IMG/VR virus record: IMGVR_UViG_3300043425_000245
Origin: a virus
Lineage: Duplodnaviria > Heunggongvirae > Uroviricota > Caudoviricetes
DNA: 64,000 nt
Reading direction: 5' to 3' (one strand)
Both the position numbers and the translations under genes were made by a program. The notes beneath the pieces were generated by a model. That model was not told the DNA's origin and did not search any database. It saw nothing but the letters and a program-made list of their open reading frames with translations. Below, one piece after another: positions 25,346 to 34,843 of the stretch (positions within the stretch are counted from its first letter, which is position 1; each line of letters opens with the position of its first letter).

Positions 25346-25902
25346 TGAATAAATTAAACCTACAACTTACCGACGGTGGAGATTCTAAACACTCGTTTTT
25401 CCTAATGATGGAAGAAATCAGTTTAGCTACTTGTAAGTCTGCCGTGGAGTGGATTCTTGAAGCTAACTTTACCGAAGAACGACCAGAGATGCTTAATTTG
25501 ATTATCACTTCCCCAGGTGGCGATCTAAACGCAGCATTCGCATTGATTGACGTCATGCGTGGTTCGGCTATTCCAGTTCGTACGATTGGACTTGGTCAAA
25601 TCGCTTCTGCTGGTCTTATGATTTTTATTGCTGGTGAAAAGGGACAACGCATCCTTACACCTAATACTTCAATTCTTTCTCACCAATACTCTTGGGGTGC
25701 TATTGGTAAAGAGCACGAATTGTTTGCTCAAATTAAAGAGTTCGACCTGACTACCAAAAAGGTTATCGACCACTACAAGCGTTGTACTGGTCTTGCGGAT
25801 AAAAAGATTCGCGAAGTTCTATTACCCCCACAAGACGTTTGGCTATCCCCCATTGAAGCCAAGAAACTAGGTTTATGTGATGATGTTAAGGATCTAAAAT
25901 GA
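25342..25902 (+). CDS. clpP: ClpP-like protease
   Basis: ITSPGGD, GQIASAG (catalytic Ser), SHQY (His), DVWLSxxEAxxxGLxD. Confidence 0.88.
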   Translation: MMNKLNLQLTDGGDSKHSFFLMMEEISLATCKSAVEWILEANFTEERPEMLNLIITSPGGDLNAAFALIDVMRGSAIPVRTIGLGQIASAGLMIFIAGEKGQRILTPNTSILSHQYSWGAIGKEHELFAQIKEFDLTTKKVIDHYKRCTGLADKKIREVLLPPQDVWLSPIEAKKLGLCDDVKDLK

Positions 25903-26111
25903 AAGCAGAATATATTGCTAGTCTTGTAGCTGTGACAGTCTCTATTACAGTTATTGTAACTGGTTTGACATATTACAACATCAAACGTGATGAATCAATG
26001 AAGTCAAACATTGAGTCTGCGATTGTTAAAGGTATTGACCCTGTTGCTGTGAAGTGTGCATATGGTAAAGCAGACTCTGTTTGTATCGTCTACGCTGCCA
26101 ACAAGAAATAA
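25899..26111 (+). CDS. small membrane-anchored protein
   Basis: ATGA overlap; N-terminal TM. Confidence 0.65.
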   Translation: MKAEYIASLVAVTVSITVIVTGLTYYNIKRDESMKSNIESAIVKGIDPVAVKCAYGKADSVCIVYAANKK

Positions 26112-26112
26112 C

Positions 26113-26141
26113 TTTACTTACAACCAATTTTATGGTATAAT
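26113..26141 (+). promoter_or_regulatory. sigma70-type promoter, leaderless
   Basis: TTTACT-17-TATAAT-TATAGT-ATG. Confidence 0.75.
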
Positions 26142-26147
26142 TATAGT

Positions 26148-26366
26148 ATGAAAACAAAAAGTGAACTCATAAAAGAACGTGCTAATCTTCACATTGAGAA
26201 AATGAAAATGGATAAATTCTTTTCTCTTTTCTTGGAAAAGTTCGGTGACGAAATGGATCCCAAATCACCGAACACCAAGGTGTGGACACTATACAGATCC
26301 AAATTAACAGAGTATGGTAAGGTTTCACAGTCTATTAAAAACTTAGATTATTGGATCTCTAAATGA
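26148..26366 (+). CDS. hypothetical protein, probably leaderless
   Basis: ATG 6 nt after the -10 box; first gene of the 33/59 operon. Confidence 0.65.
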   Translation: MKTKSELIKERANLHIEKMKMDKFFSLFLEKFGDEMDPKSPNTKVWTLYRSKLTEYGKVSQSIKNLDYWISK

Positions 26367-26581
26367 TGTTTAAAACTTCCAACCAATTTTCTTTGTATAT
26401 TGAAAAGCAAGCCAGTGAAAGACGTATCACTCATATGGATGCTGTATTAGAATATTGCAAAGAAAACTTCTTAGAACCAGAAGATATTGCTTCTATGATT
26501 AATAAGTCCTTGAAGGACAAAATTGAAATGGATTTTCGCGATGCCAACATGCTCCCCAAAACTGCGCAGCTTGATCTCTAA
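26363..26581 (+). CDS. 33: late transcription coactivator gp33
   Basis: FSxxIE..DAVLEYC..INKSLKDKIE; position before gene 59. Confidence 0.85.
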   Translation: MMFKTSNQFSLYIEKQASERRITHMDAVLEYCKENFLEPEDIASMINKSLKDKIEMDFRDANMLPKTAQLDL

Positions 26582-26759
26582 TATTTCACTGGGTATCTTT
26601 GCAATTGCTTGGTTTGGTTTTGGTCTATATTGGATTATGAGTCAACCTAAACAATCTGTTGTGGTTTACAATTGCGAACTTTCTGAGATATCCCCAGACT
26701 TCCCCATTGAAGCTAAAGAACGTTGTAGAGTATTGAGAGCGCAGAATGGACGGTTTTAA
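26523..26759 (+). CDS. small membrane protein (true start probably downstream)
   Basis: TM helix then YNC..CR. Confidence 0.5.
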   Translation: MKWIFAMPTCSPKLRSLISNISLGIFAIAWFGFGLYWIMSQPKQSVVVYNCELSEISPDFPIEAKERCRVLRAQNGRF

Positions 26760-27357
26760 GGCATACAAATATTACATGGCTGTAAAGTTACACTTCACAT
26801 CCAAGAAGTATAATGTGTTTGAGACACGTGGACATGTAAAAGGTACTCGCGATGCGTTTAACGCACGCAATGACAGATATATCTTTGAGAAATTAGCGCA
26901 GAAATATAATGACGATAAAGAGATTATTCAATTCTTTGTTTCCAACTTTGCTTATAGTAACGACACTGCGATTTACGGAAACAGCGAAGCTGAAGAACTA
27001 TACTCGGAATGGAAACGTCGCAAACAGTCTATTAGTAAGATATTTGTAGACGACCTTACCAACGTTATGAATATGTGCGACGTTCACAAATTTAATGTGG
27101 ATGGAATTTTCAAAGTAGTAGATGGTGATTTACCAGTATTGACTTCCATGTTTCTTTCAGGTAAAATAACTATTGAGACCTTGAGGATTATTGATGATAT
27201 TGAACCATTCATCAATACTTGGGAAAACGATCCTATGATAAAGATCGTATTGGGTGACAAACTTCTTCGTGCTGAAAAACTCAAAGGTTTTGTAAAGTAC
27301 GATAAAGAAAAAGCCACCAAAGTTTTTAATCATTTTAAAGAAGAACTATCTTTGTAA
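26746..27357 (+). CDS. 59: helicase loader gp59
   Basis: AYKYYMAVKLHF..RNDRYIFEKLA; synteny with genes 33 and 32. Confidence 0.88.
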   Translation: MDGFKAYKYYMAVKLHFTSKKYNVFETRGHVKGTRDAFNARNDRYIFEKLAQKYNDDKEIIQFFVSNFAYSNDTAIYGNSEAEELYSEWKRRKQSISKIFVDDLTNVMNMCDVHKFNVDGIFKVVDGDLPVLTSMFLSGKITIETLRIIDDIEPFINTWENDPMIKIVLGDKLLRAEKLKGFVKYDKEKATKVFNHFKEELSL

Positions 27358-27361
27358 TATC

Positions 27362-27583
27362 ATGGGCAAGACCTATAAACAATCTAGTCGTTACGACGAA
27401 GAACCCTCTAGCCGTTCGGGGAAAAATTCTAAACACTCAAATAATCGTAAAAGTGGTGGAATGAGAACGCTAAATAGCTATGTTGAAGAAGATATTAACT
27501 TTGACGATGAAGACATCTTTGATGATGACTTTGGAGTTGAGGATGAGATTCAGATTCGACACATACAAAACGATAAACCGTAA
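27362..27583 (+). CDS. small basic/acidic hypothetical protein
   Basis: MGKTYK.. ORF between genes 59 and 32. Confidence 0.6.
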   Translation: MGKTYKQSSRYDEEPSSRSGKNSKHSNNRKSGGMRTLNSYVEEDINFDDEDIFDDDFGVEDEIQIRHIQNDKP

Positions 27584-27610
27584 TACAATTACATACAAAG
27601 GAAAATACAA

Positions 27611-28528
27611 ATGGATATTCAAACACTTCGCAAAATGCGTTCTAACGACTTCGGTAGCATTTCTAATGCTTTTGAGAAGATCGCAAACCCTTCTACTGAA
27701 TCCAAAGGTTATGCAGATGACCGCTTCTGGAAACTAGAAGGTGACAAAGCAGGCAACGGCACTGCTACTATTCGATTCCTCCCACGTGTAGAAGGTGATG
27801 AACTCCCATGGGTTCGTGTCTTCAGCCATGGTTTCCAAGGACCAACTGGTAAGTGGTACATCGAAAACTCCCTAACTACTCTCGGTGAACAAGACCCTGT
27901 TAGCGAACTAAACACTCAACTCTGGAACTCTGGCGTTGAAGCTAACAAGAAGATTGCGCAAAACCAAAAGCGTCGTCTGTCTTATATCGCCAACGTTCTG
28001 ATTGTTTCTGATCCGAAGCATCCAGAGAACGAGGGTAAGGTTATGCTCTTCAAGTTTGGTAAGAAGATCTTTGATAAAATCATGGATAAGGCTCGCCCAA
28101 CTTTTGAAGACGAAAAGCCAGTCAACGTGTTTGACTTCTGGGAAGGTGCTAACTTTAAACTGCGTATGCGTAAGAAGGATGGCTTCACTAACTATGATGA
28201 GTCTGCATTCCAAGAGCCTTCTGCTCTAGGTGACGACGACAAGATTGTTGAAGTTGCCCAAGCTCAACATAAGTTGTCTGAATTCTTGGATCGTAAGAAC
28301 TTCAAGTCTTACGCTGACTTGAAGAAGAAGTTGGATGAGGTTCTTTCTGGTGATGGTTTCAATGCTAAGTCTGCTGCAGAATTGGCTAAAGATGAACCAG
28401 CTTCTATGGAAGCACCTGAGCCAGCAAAAGCTGCACCAGCGTTTACTCCAAAGGCATCGGCTAAACCAGCAATGGATGACGATGAAGACGTTATGTCTTA
28501 CTTTGAGAAGATCGCAGCTGAAGACTGA
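27611..28528 (+). CDS. 32: single-stranded DNA-binding protein gp32
   Basis: DDRFWK..AGNG..IRFLP..HGFQGP.GKWYIENS..FGKKIFDKI..FDFWEGANFKL; acidic tail. Confidence 0.95.
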   Translation: MDIQTLRKMRSNDFGSISNAFEKIANPSTESKGYADDRFWKLEGDKAGNGTATIRFLPRVEGDELPWVRVFSHGFQGPTGKWYIENSLTTLGEQDPVSELNTQLWNSGVEANKKIAQNQKRRLSYIANVLIVSDPKHPENEGKVMLFKFGKKIFDKIMDKARPTFEDEKPVNVFDFWEGANFKLRMRKKDGFTNYDESAFQEPSALGDDDKIVEVAQAQHKLSEFLDRKNFKSYADLKKKLDEVLSGDGFNAKSAAELAKDEPASMEAPEPAKAAPAFTPKASAKPAMDDDEDVMSYFEKIAAED

Positions 28529-28545
28529 TAAGTCTTAAGCAAAAT

Positions 28546-28570
28546 AAAAGGGAGCTTAAAGCTCCCTTTT
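28546..28570. terminator. bidirectional rho-independent terminator
   Basis: AAAAGGGAGC-TTAAA-GCTCCCTTTT between convergent genes. Confidence 0.85.
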
Positions 28571-28573
28571 TCA

Positions 28574-30478
28574 TTATGTAAATCTAGACATTGAATACCT
28601 AGAATAACTAGATTCTTGGTTTCTAACTTGGGGTTTAACAATGTTATTTGTTGTAGAGTTACTATTGATCTGACTAGTAACTTGATTAACTGGTGCTGAA
28701 CCAGATTGACCATCAACTTTAGCTTGTTCGTCTGCATTACCCTTAGAAGCAGCATACACTTTAGTGCCTTGAACAGACATAGCACCACCAGCAGCTACGA
28801 ACTTAGTTGCCTGTTCCCATGGGAATTCTTTGGCACCCTTCATAGCGTTTGGATCTACTTTTGCGAACTCTTTCATTGCAGTAGAAAGAGTTGTTAGACC
28901 TGCTCCAGCTTTTTGTACACCATCGCCAGCAGCGCCAATCTTAATAAGTTGCTCAACTGGAGAATCTTGACCGATAGTTAAAAGGTTTCCAATAAGAGTA
29001 CCAAGACCAGCTGCTGCCTGTCCTGCACCAAAAGCAGCAAACGCAACACCAAGGTTCTTTAGACCTTCACCAACGTTCATCAGCTTATCGCCATCAATAT
29101 CTTGTAGACGCTCAAGACCAGATACTAGTCTTTCTAGACCAGATCCCATCATCTCCATAGCGCCACCAATTACCCAAACTGCAGCACCCAGCCCTGTAAG
29201 AGCCAATGCACCCATACCAAGCAACGGAGCCATTGCACCTGCAGCAGCACCAGCGGCAATCAATCCAGCTAATGCCAAACCAGCTTTGGTTAGAGTTTCC
29301 CATTCTAATGATGCAAAGTTGTCTAGGGCTTTACTCAATCCCCAAATAACAGCAGTCAATAAACCTAATACAGCAACGCCAGCAACAGTTTTAATATTAG
29401 CGAATGATTTGATGCCAAGAGCTAGACCTTCCATGATACCTTGGAAGATACCACCAATTGCCCCACCAACTGCTAAACCAACACCTTTACCTAAACCACC
29501 AAGAGCTGAACCAATACCCTTCATTGATTTAGAAAAGTCGCTTAGACCTAAACCAGAGGCAGAAGCTGATGCGTCTTCTCCACCACCTGCAGCTGAAGAT
29601 TTCTTACCTGCCATCGCTGCCGTATTATTTGCGATCTGTTGTAACAGATCGGATTGCATACCCATCAAACGTAGGTTTTCTAGGTCTTGCTCTTTCTTTA
29701 ATTGATTGTCTGCAGCAACGTCTGTTGTGGATTGCGCAACTTGACCTTTATCAGAAGGAGTCTTTGGAAGAGCAGCAGAAGGTTGGTCGCCAGTAAATTT
29801 ACCTTTTGGAGCTGGGTTTACTATCCCTGCGCTCTTTAAGTCTTTAAGAGCTTTATCGCGTGTATTATAAAGAGCTGGTTTGTTCTTTCTAATATCGTCT
29901 TCACTAACACCCATCTTCTTAAGACGATCAATTTCATCTTGAGCTTTTAGGGCAGTTCGTTCATCCGCACGTTTTTGTTTAGCAGCTGCTTTTAATTCTT
30001 TGTCAGAACGTGTATCACCTTGAGCACGCATGCGCTTCATATAGTCTAGATCATCCACCTTATTGCGCACGCCCTTGAACATTGAGAATGGTCCAAGCAT
30101 TGCTTTCTTAATGGTGTTTGGATCTAGCGCATCAGACAAGTTTCTCTTTAGATCTTTGAACTTATCACCGACTGTCTTCCAGTCTTTGTTACCTTTTTGT
30201 AAGGCTTCAATTTGCTTTTGTTGACCGTCGCTTATTTTCTTTAAGAAAGCAGCTTGGTCTTTTTGAAGTTCTAATTGAGCTTGTTGGATCTTAATGGACA
30301 TTAAGACTTTAGCATCACTTTGGTTGCTGTCTTTAATTTCCTGAGATCCAGATTGAATCTGTTGAAGAGCTTGAGACTGTTGGTCTAAAACTGCTGTTAT
30401 TTGACCCAGAGCATTATTCGCGCGACCTACTCCTTGCGCGACTTTTCTCATTGGTCCTCTGCTATTGCGACGTGGCAT
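28574..30478 (-). CDS. tape-measure-like / gp29-like protein
   Basis: Long helical Ala/Gly-rich protein with hydrophobic segments, directly after genes 26/51. Confidence 0.6.
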   Translation of the reverse strand: MPRRNSRGPMRKVAQGVGRANNALGQITAVLDQQSQALQQIQSGSQEIKDSNQSDAKVLMSIKIQQAQLELQKDQAAFLKKISDGQQKQIEALQKGNKDWKTVGDKFKDLKRNLSDALDPNTIKKAMLGPFSMFKGVRNKVDDLDYMKRMRAQGDTRSDKELKAAAKQKRADERTALKAQDEIDRLKKMGVSEDDIRKNKPALYNTRDKALKDLKSAGIVNPAPKGKFTGDQPSAALPKTPSDKGQVAQSTTDVAADNQLKKEQDLENLRLMGMQSDLLQQIANNTAAMAGKKSSAAGGGEDASASASGLGLSDFSKSMKGIGSALGGLGKGVGLAVGGAIGGIFQGIMEGLALGIKSFANIKTVAGVAVLGLLTAVIWGLSKALDNFASLEWETLTKAGLALAGLIAAGAAAGAMAPLLGMGALALTGLGAAVWVIGGAMEMMGSGLERLVSGLERLQDIDGDKLMNVGEGLKNLGVAFAAFGAGQAAAGLGTLIGNLLTIGQDSPVEQLIKIGAAGDGVQKAGAGLTTLSTAMKEFAKVDPNAMKGAKEFPWEQATKFVAAGGAMSVQGTKVYAASKGNADEQAKVDGQSGSAPVNQVTSQINSNSTTNNIVKPQVRNQESSYSRYSMSRFT

Positions 30479-30480
30479 TA

Positions 30481-30627
30481 TTACATCCTCTTCTTGGATT
30501 CAATCCGTTGTTTTTCTTCTTCTAGGTATTGGACTAACATATGCACATAAAGCTCTCGTTCAAAAGGAAGCATATCTTCCAACTCTGTTAACGAATATTT
30601 ATGATATTGCATCAATGCAAAGTTCAT
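30481..30627 (-). CDS. 51: gp51-like baseplate hub assembly protein (likely reached by frameshift from gene 26)
   Basis: Manually translated MNFALMQYHKYSLTELEDMLPFERELYVHMLVQYLEEEK..; frame open upstream through the gene 26 end. Confidence 0.85.
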   Translation of the reverse strand: MNFALMQYHKYSLTELEDMLPFERELYVHMLVQYLEEEKQRIESKKRM

Positions 30628-30665
30628 TCGATAGTAGTTGTGAAGAGACTCATGAGCGAGAGCTA

Positions 30666-31382
30666 CTAAAAAAAATTCTGTAGACCTTCTAATACCTTAT
30701 GATGTTCTTTACCGCAAACTGGGCACTTATATTCTATCTTTGTGGATAGTTTTGGCATAGTTTCAAAGAAGTGCTGAATCTTAGCAAACTGTTCAGAAGT
30801 TAGGTTATTCAAGAACTCTAGCAATTCTTCTTTTCTGGTTTCTTTAGCATGATATACTTCTTCGCCGTCATAGATAACGTCTATCAATTCAGCAACTAAG
30901 TTGAACACTTCTTCGATGTTATCAGCATCTTTTAAGAAGTCAGTTGCGTCTAGGGTTGGGTATTTCATGATAACACCAACGTTATTAAACAATGGGATCT
31001 TATTTGTGTGTCCTTCTGGTTTAACAACCTTCAAATCACCCAAGTTAATGATGACTTTGGCTTTAGCCTTTTCATTTTGTTCACCGTGATCCTCATCACA
31101 CTGGAACAACAAGTCAACTGTTTCGCCAACGGACTTACCACGAATCTGTAGGAACATGTATTCCAAATCAAAAATAGCAAGTTTATCTACATCAACATCA
31201 TCTAAAAGAACGTTACTTAAAACACCCTTTAGAGTGTCGATCATAATAGTGGCATCTTCAGATTGTTGTGCAATCAACAGAGCTTTTTCTTCTTTAACAA
31301 CGAACGGTCTAAAACGAACTTGTTTGTTGGTTGAAGGGATTACCATGTTAAACGATGGCATGGAATTTTTTGGTAAAGCCAT
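30666..31382 (-). CDS. 26: gp26-like baseplate hub protein
   Basis: MALPK..IPST..RPFxVKEEKALL..FDLEYxFLxIRxKSVGE..FFETMPKL..EGLQNFF. Confidence 0.9.
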   Translation of the reverse strand: MALPKNSMPSFNMVIPSTNKQVRFRPFVVKEEKALLIAQQSEDATIMIDTLKGVLSNVLLDDVDVDKLAIFDLEYMFLQIRGKSVGETVDLLFQCDEDHGEQNEKAKAKVIINLGDLKVVKPEGHTNKIPLFNNVGVIMKYPTLDATDFLKDADNIEEVFNLVAELIDVIYDGEEVYHAKETRKEELLEFLNNLTSEQFAKIQHFFETMPKLSTKIEYKCPVCGKEHHKVLEGLQNFF

Positions 31383-31384
31383 AA

Positions 31385-31798
31385 TTATTCTCCTTTAGTC
31401 ATATTACTAATCATCTTATTCAATTCAGCAGTACTACCCACGAAAATTGCATTGTTTGTTGTGTTGTTACTTTGTACAGCTTTAGAAGGTTCATCAATCT
31501 TTTTCTTTTGTTGATGTATATCTAAAAGCTGTTGGTTCATATCAGCTAACTGTTTCATCAAGTTACCAACAACCTCGAACGCACGTGGGTGTTCAGATTG
31601 TTTAGCTACTGTTAAAGCAGTCTCGAGTGCTTCTTTACCTTTAACTAACAGTTCATGTATATTGTTTCTTGAATGATCATAGTCGTCTTGAATGTGGTTG
31701 TTAGACTCAACGCTAACAACCTTTGTTTCAACTTCTACTACCTTTTCATCCATTGGTTCTATATCAAAAATTTTTGACAAAGAGTCATCAGTATTCAT
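31385..31798 (-). CDS. 16: terminase small subunit gp16
   Basis: DDY..R..L..G..A..SEHPRAFEV..NNAIFVGSTAEL. Confidence 0.8.
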   Translation of the reverse strand: MNTDDSLSKIFDIEPMDEKVVEVETKVVSVESNNHIQDDYDHSRNNIHELLVKGKEALETALTVAKQSEHPRAFEVVGNLMKQLADMNQQLLDIHQQKKKIDEPSKAVQSNNTTNNAIFVGSTAELNKMISNMTKGE

Positions 31799-31812
31799 AG
31801 TTTCAAATCACC

Positions 31813-32523
31813 TTAAAATTTAATAGATGGTATTCTGGATGTAACTTGAGAGAAAGAACGTTGAGCAATTTGACCAACGGCACCAGTCAAGAAGTTACCA
31901 CCTTCACCTAGACCTTTTCTAAATCTCTCTTGGAAACCAGTAAAGTCACTTGTATACTTATTAACGCCATCTGCTGTTAATAATTGACCATTTGCCTGTT
32001 CGCTAATTGTGCTGGACATCCAGTATTTGTATTGGAATGTGACATCCAAACGCATAGTGTCTTTTGATTCGGCGTCAAGTTGAACAGAACCCATTGACTT
32101 AGGGTACGCTTCAAACATAGAAACTTCGTATGTGGTTTTATCTTGAAGGTCTTGCACTTGGATAACTAGATCAGAAATATAATTTCTATACCACTGAAAA
32201 CTTCTGTTCCCAGGATTCTGAATGTAGTTGATCCAGTCATCGAACATCTTCTTAACTTTCATTTCACGGTCAACGTGGAAAGTTAGAGTGACGGGGTCAA
32301 ACAACTTATCATATGGAACCTCGCGCGATTCACCGAAAGATCTATTCTGGGTTGTTGCATAATTAATACCTGGCAAAGAAGCCTTCTCGCAGAAAAGAAG
32401 AGTCTTTCTAACATTGGCAGGTTCAGCGCTTGGTGGAGTTAGGTAAACCAAAAATCTATTGGTTCTAGAAAGCCCCAGCGTTTTAATTTCTGCAATAAAA
32501 TCTTTTTGTCTATTAGAACTCAT
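31813..32523 (-). CDS. 54: tail tube initiator gp54-like
   Basis: CExASLPG..PY..FDPVTLTF..FDDW..AYP..V.L..VTFxYxYW. Confidence 0.75.
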   Translation of the reverse strand: MSSNRQKDFIAEIKTLGLSRTNRFLVYLTPPSAEPANVRKTLLFCEKASLPGINYATTQNRSFGESREVPYDKLFDPVTLTFHVDREMKVKKMFDDWINYIQNPGNRSFQWYRNYISDLVIQVQDLQDKTTYEVSMFEAYPKSMGSVQLDAESKDTMRLDVTFQYKYWMSSTISEQANGQLLTADGVNKYTSDFTGFQERFRKGLGEGGNFLTGAVGQIAQRSFSQVTSRIPSIKF

Positions 32524-33167
32524 TTCTTCTTCTTTCTCTTCATCTGGTTAACGTACTGACGAGATTTATCCCAAATTCTATCATCAGGTGCTTTAACAAA
32601 TTGTTCAACTGGTAATAGAACGGCAGTAGCCCAGTCATATGATCTTATCTCACGAAACGTTGAACGAAGACCACCGAAGTTATAATTATGAAATGCTGGA
32701 ACTGCAGCAGCGAATTTCTGAACACCTTTAATGGCTGCCCAGCTGTATTTGATACGGGTGTTTTCATCCATCTTAGCGTTTGTCTTGTACTGCATCAAAT
32801 AATACAATAACTGCATTCTCATTTGGTATGGTAGATAGTGGAAGTTGATTCCACTAAAACCAGTGATTGAACGCTTATACAACAACGTGCACGGGAAACG
32901 GTCAAAGTATGGAATTGACGATTTATATAAAGGGTCATAGATGTACATATACATCTTCCCAGGCATCAATTTAGTAGTTAATTGAGCGGGGTTTCCTTTT
33001 AGAACTGTCCACGGGCTGTTAATCTGTTTCATCAGCAAAATCATTTGCTGTTCATACCAAGCCTTCGATTTACGAAACGCTGTTCTAAGGTCGTATTTGT
33101 TCTTCTCGAAGATATCGAGAGCAGCGATCTGGGCAGCTGTACGGCTTTGTTTAATCGGAGTAGGCAT
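32520..33167 (-). CDS. 2: DNA end protector gp2
   Basis: YMYxYDP..PYFDRFP..GINFHYLP..W..AxxLPVEQF. Confidence 0.9.
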   Translation of the reverse strand: MPTPIKQSRTAAQIAALDIFEKNKYDLRTAFRKSKAWYEQQMILLMKQINSPWTVLKGNPAQLTTKLMPGKMYMYIYDPLYKSSIPYFDRFPCTLLYKRSITGFSGINFHYLPYQMRMQLLYYLMQYKTNAKMDENTRIKYSWAAIKGVQKFAAAVPAFHNYNFGGLRSTFREIRSYDWATAVLLPVEQFVKAPDDRIWDKSRQYVNQMKRKKKK

Positions 33168-33173
33168 ATTGAC

Positions 33174-33180
33174 TATTTAG
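33174..33180 (-). promoter_or_regulatory. late-promoter-like motif for gene 2
   Basis: CTAAATA on minus strand. Confidence 0.55.
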
Positions 33181-33181
33181 G

Positions 33182-33616
33182 TCAAACTCCTAATTCCTTT
33201 TCCGTAATAATCTTGAACTCCCATCCACGGTCTTTGGCGTATTCCGTGGCTGCTTTCCATTTGGCTTGGTTTTTGATGAATCCGTACGATTCAGCTAAAT
33301 ATCTTTTAGTCTGTCTGCCAGGAAACTCTGGTGGGACTGTTTGTTTTAAAGGTTTAATTTCTATCAGGTAAGTTCGAGTAGAACCATCTTTTTGTTGAAC
33401 TCTAATCTTAAAATCAATAAAATAGCGATGTAATTTGTTATCAGTTGGGCAGACGTAAGGTATGACAGTCTCTTCGGAACTCCATCTAACTATTGATGGG
33501 TTTCTATCGCACCATAAAGCGAACTTCCTCTCCCAAGAAGACCTCATAATTATATTTGATACGTCACCCGAGTATTTTTGCGGGTTCAAAGGGACAAAAC
33601 GTGATTTATGGAACAT
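33182..33616 (-). CDS. 4: head completion nuclease gp4
   Basis: NPxKYxGD..RSSWE..CD.N..WSSEE..PY..HRYFxDF..EIKP..NQAKW.AA. Confidence 0.95.
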   Translation of the reverse strand: MFHKSRFVPLNPQKYSGDVSNIIMRSSWERKFALWCDRNPSIVRWSSEETVIPYVCPTDNKLHRYFIDFKIRVQQKDGSTRTYLIEIKPLKQTVPPEFPGRQTKRYLAESYGFIKNQAKWKAATEYAKDRGWEFKIITEKELGV

Positions 33617-33647
33617 AAATAATATGTGCGTACAAAACCCTATTTAG
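33614..33647. promoter_or_regulatory. divergent late promoters for genes 48 and 4
   Basis: CATAAATA (+, 33614) and CTAAATA (-, 33641-33647). Confidence 0.6.
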
Positions 33648-33654
33648 GTCAAAC

Positions 33655-34842
33655 ATGATAGAAAATTTCAGTTCAGAAAACGTAAGAGCGTATTACAACA
33701 AAGCAAAATCTTCTGTAACCAGTGCTCCAGAAAGAATCAACAAAGCAACGATGCCACCCAAGTCTACTTGGGGTGACAAGAGTGCGGTAAAGTTTCTCTC
33801 AGACAAATATAAGGTTGATCAACACTCATATCCTTCAGACTTAATGAGTCCAGTTTATGGTGGAAATTACGCAGTGTTTTACATCAACGTATCTGAAGAT
33901 TCTAGACTGAACGTTAAGAGTAACACAGTAGAATTAGACCCAAAAACTGAACAAAGAAAACGTGGTTCTCTAGTCGCTCAGAAACTAGACGTCGCCACAT
34001 TAGCAGCAGCAAACGCTGGAACACAAATTTTAGGTGGTATCGGTGGTGGTATTGCTAGTACAGCTAAACAAGGTTTTACTGGAGATAAGAGCAGAACTAG
34101 TCAATTGACTGGCGGTAGAGAAACTGCCGTAAACTCTGGCGGTGCCGCATTGGGTGTAGCTGTTGCTGGTACTATGGCGCCAGATGCATCTCGTTCACAA
34201 AGACGTTTGAAAACGGCAATTGCTCTACACATCCCTAACCAACTTTCTGTTCGTTATGGTATGCAATGGTCTGAAGAAGATACTGCCATGTTACAAGGTG
34301 CAGCTGATGCTATTCTAGCTGGTCTAAACCGCAAAGGCGCAAACGGTAAGATGAGCACTCTCCCTCAAGTTGCCCGTGAAGGCGCAGCTGCTATTGCTCT
34401 AAATAAGGTTCAAAATCCAGGAGCTGTTTCTGCAGCGCTTGGTATTGCGGCTAACCCTAAGAAAGAACAAACCTTTAAGGGTGTTGACTTCCGTAAGTTT
34501 ACATTTGACTATCAGTTCTATCCTAGAGATGAAGTTGAAGCTCAGAACGTTATGAACATTATTGAGCAGTTCAAACTACATATGCACCCAGAGTTTAAAA
34601 GCCAATTGAACTATGTTTGGATTTACCCTTCTGAGTTTGATATTATCTATTACAGCGGTGGTGCTGAGAACTTACACCTACACCGTCACACTTCTTGCGT
34701 GCTGGAAGAAATGAGTGTAAACTATACACCTAATGGCAATTTCTCAGTATTTGCTAATGGTATGCCAACACAAATTAACGTATCTCTTGGTTTCAAAGAA
34801 CTTCAAGTTCTATCCAAAGAAACTGTTGCTGGAGGTTTATAA
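33655..34842 (+). CDS. 48: baseplate tail tube cap gp48
   Basis: IALHIP..NPxKEQxFxGVxFRxFxFxYxFxP..YPSEFxI..C.L..VNYTPNG. Confidence 0.9.
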   Translation: MIENFSSENVRAYYNKAKSSVTSAPERINKATMPPKSTWGDKSAVKFLSDKYKVDQHSYPSDLMSPVYGGNYAVFYINVSEDSRLNVKSNTVELDPKTEQRKRGSLVAQKLDVATLAAANAGTQILGGIGGGIASTAKQGFTGDKSRTSQLTGGRETAVNSGGAALGVAVAGTMAPDASRSQRRLKTAIALHIPNQLSVRYGMQWSEEDTAMLQGAADAILAGLNRKGANGKMSTLPQVAREGAAAIALNKVQNPGAVSAALGIAANPKKEQTFKGVDFRKFTFDYQFYPRDEVEAQNVMNIIEQFKLHMHPEFKSQLNYVWIYPSEFDIIYYSGGAENLHLHRHTSCVLEEMSVNYTPNGNFSVFANGMPTQINVSLGFKELQVLSKETVAGGL

Positions 34843-34843
34843 T

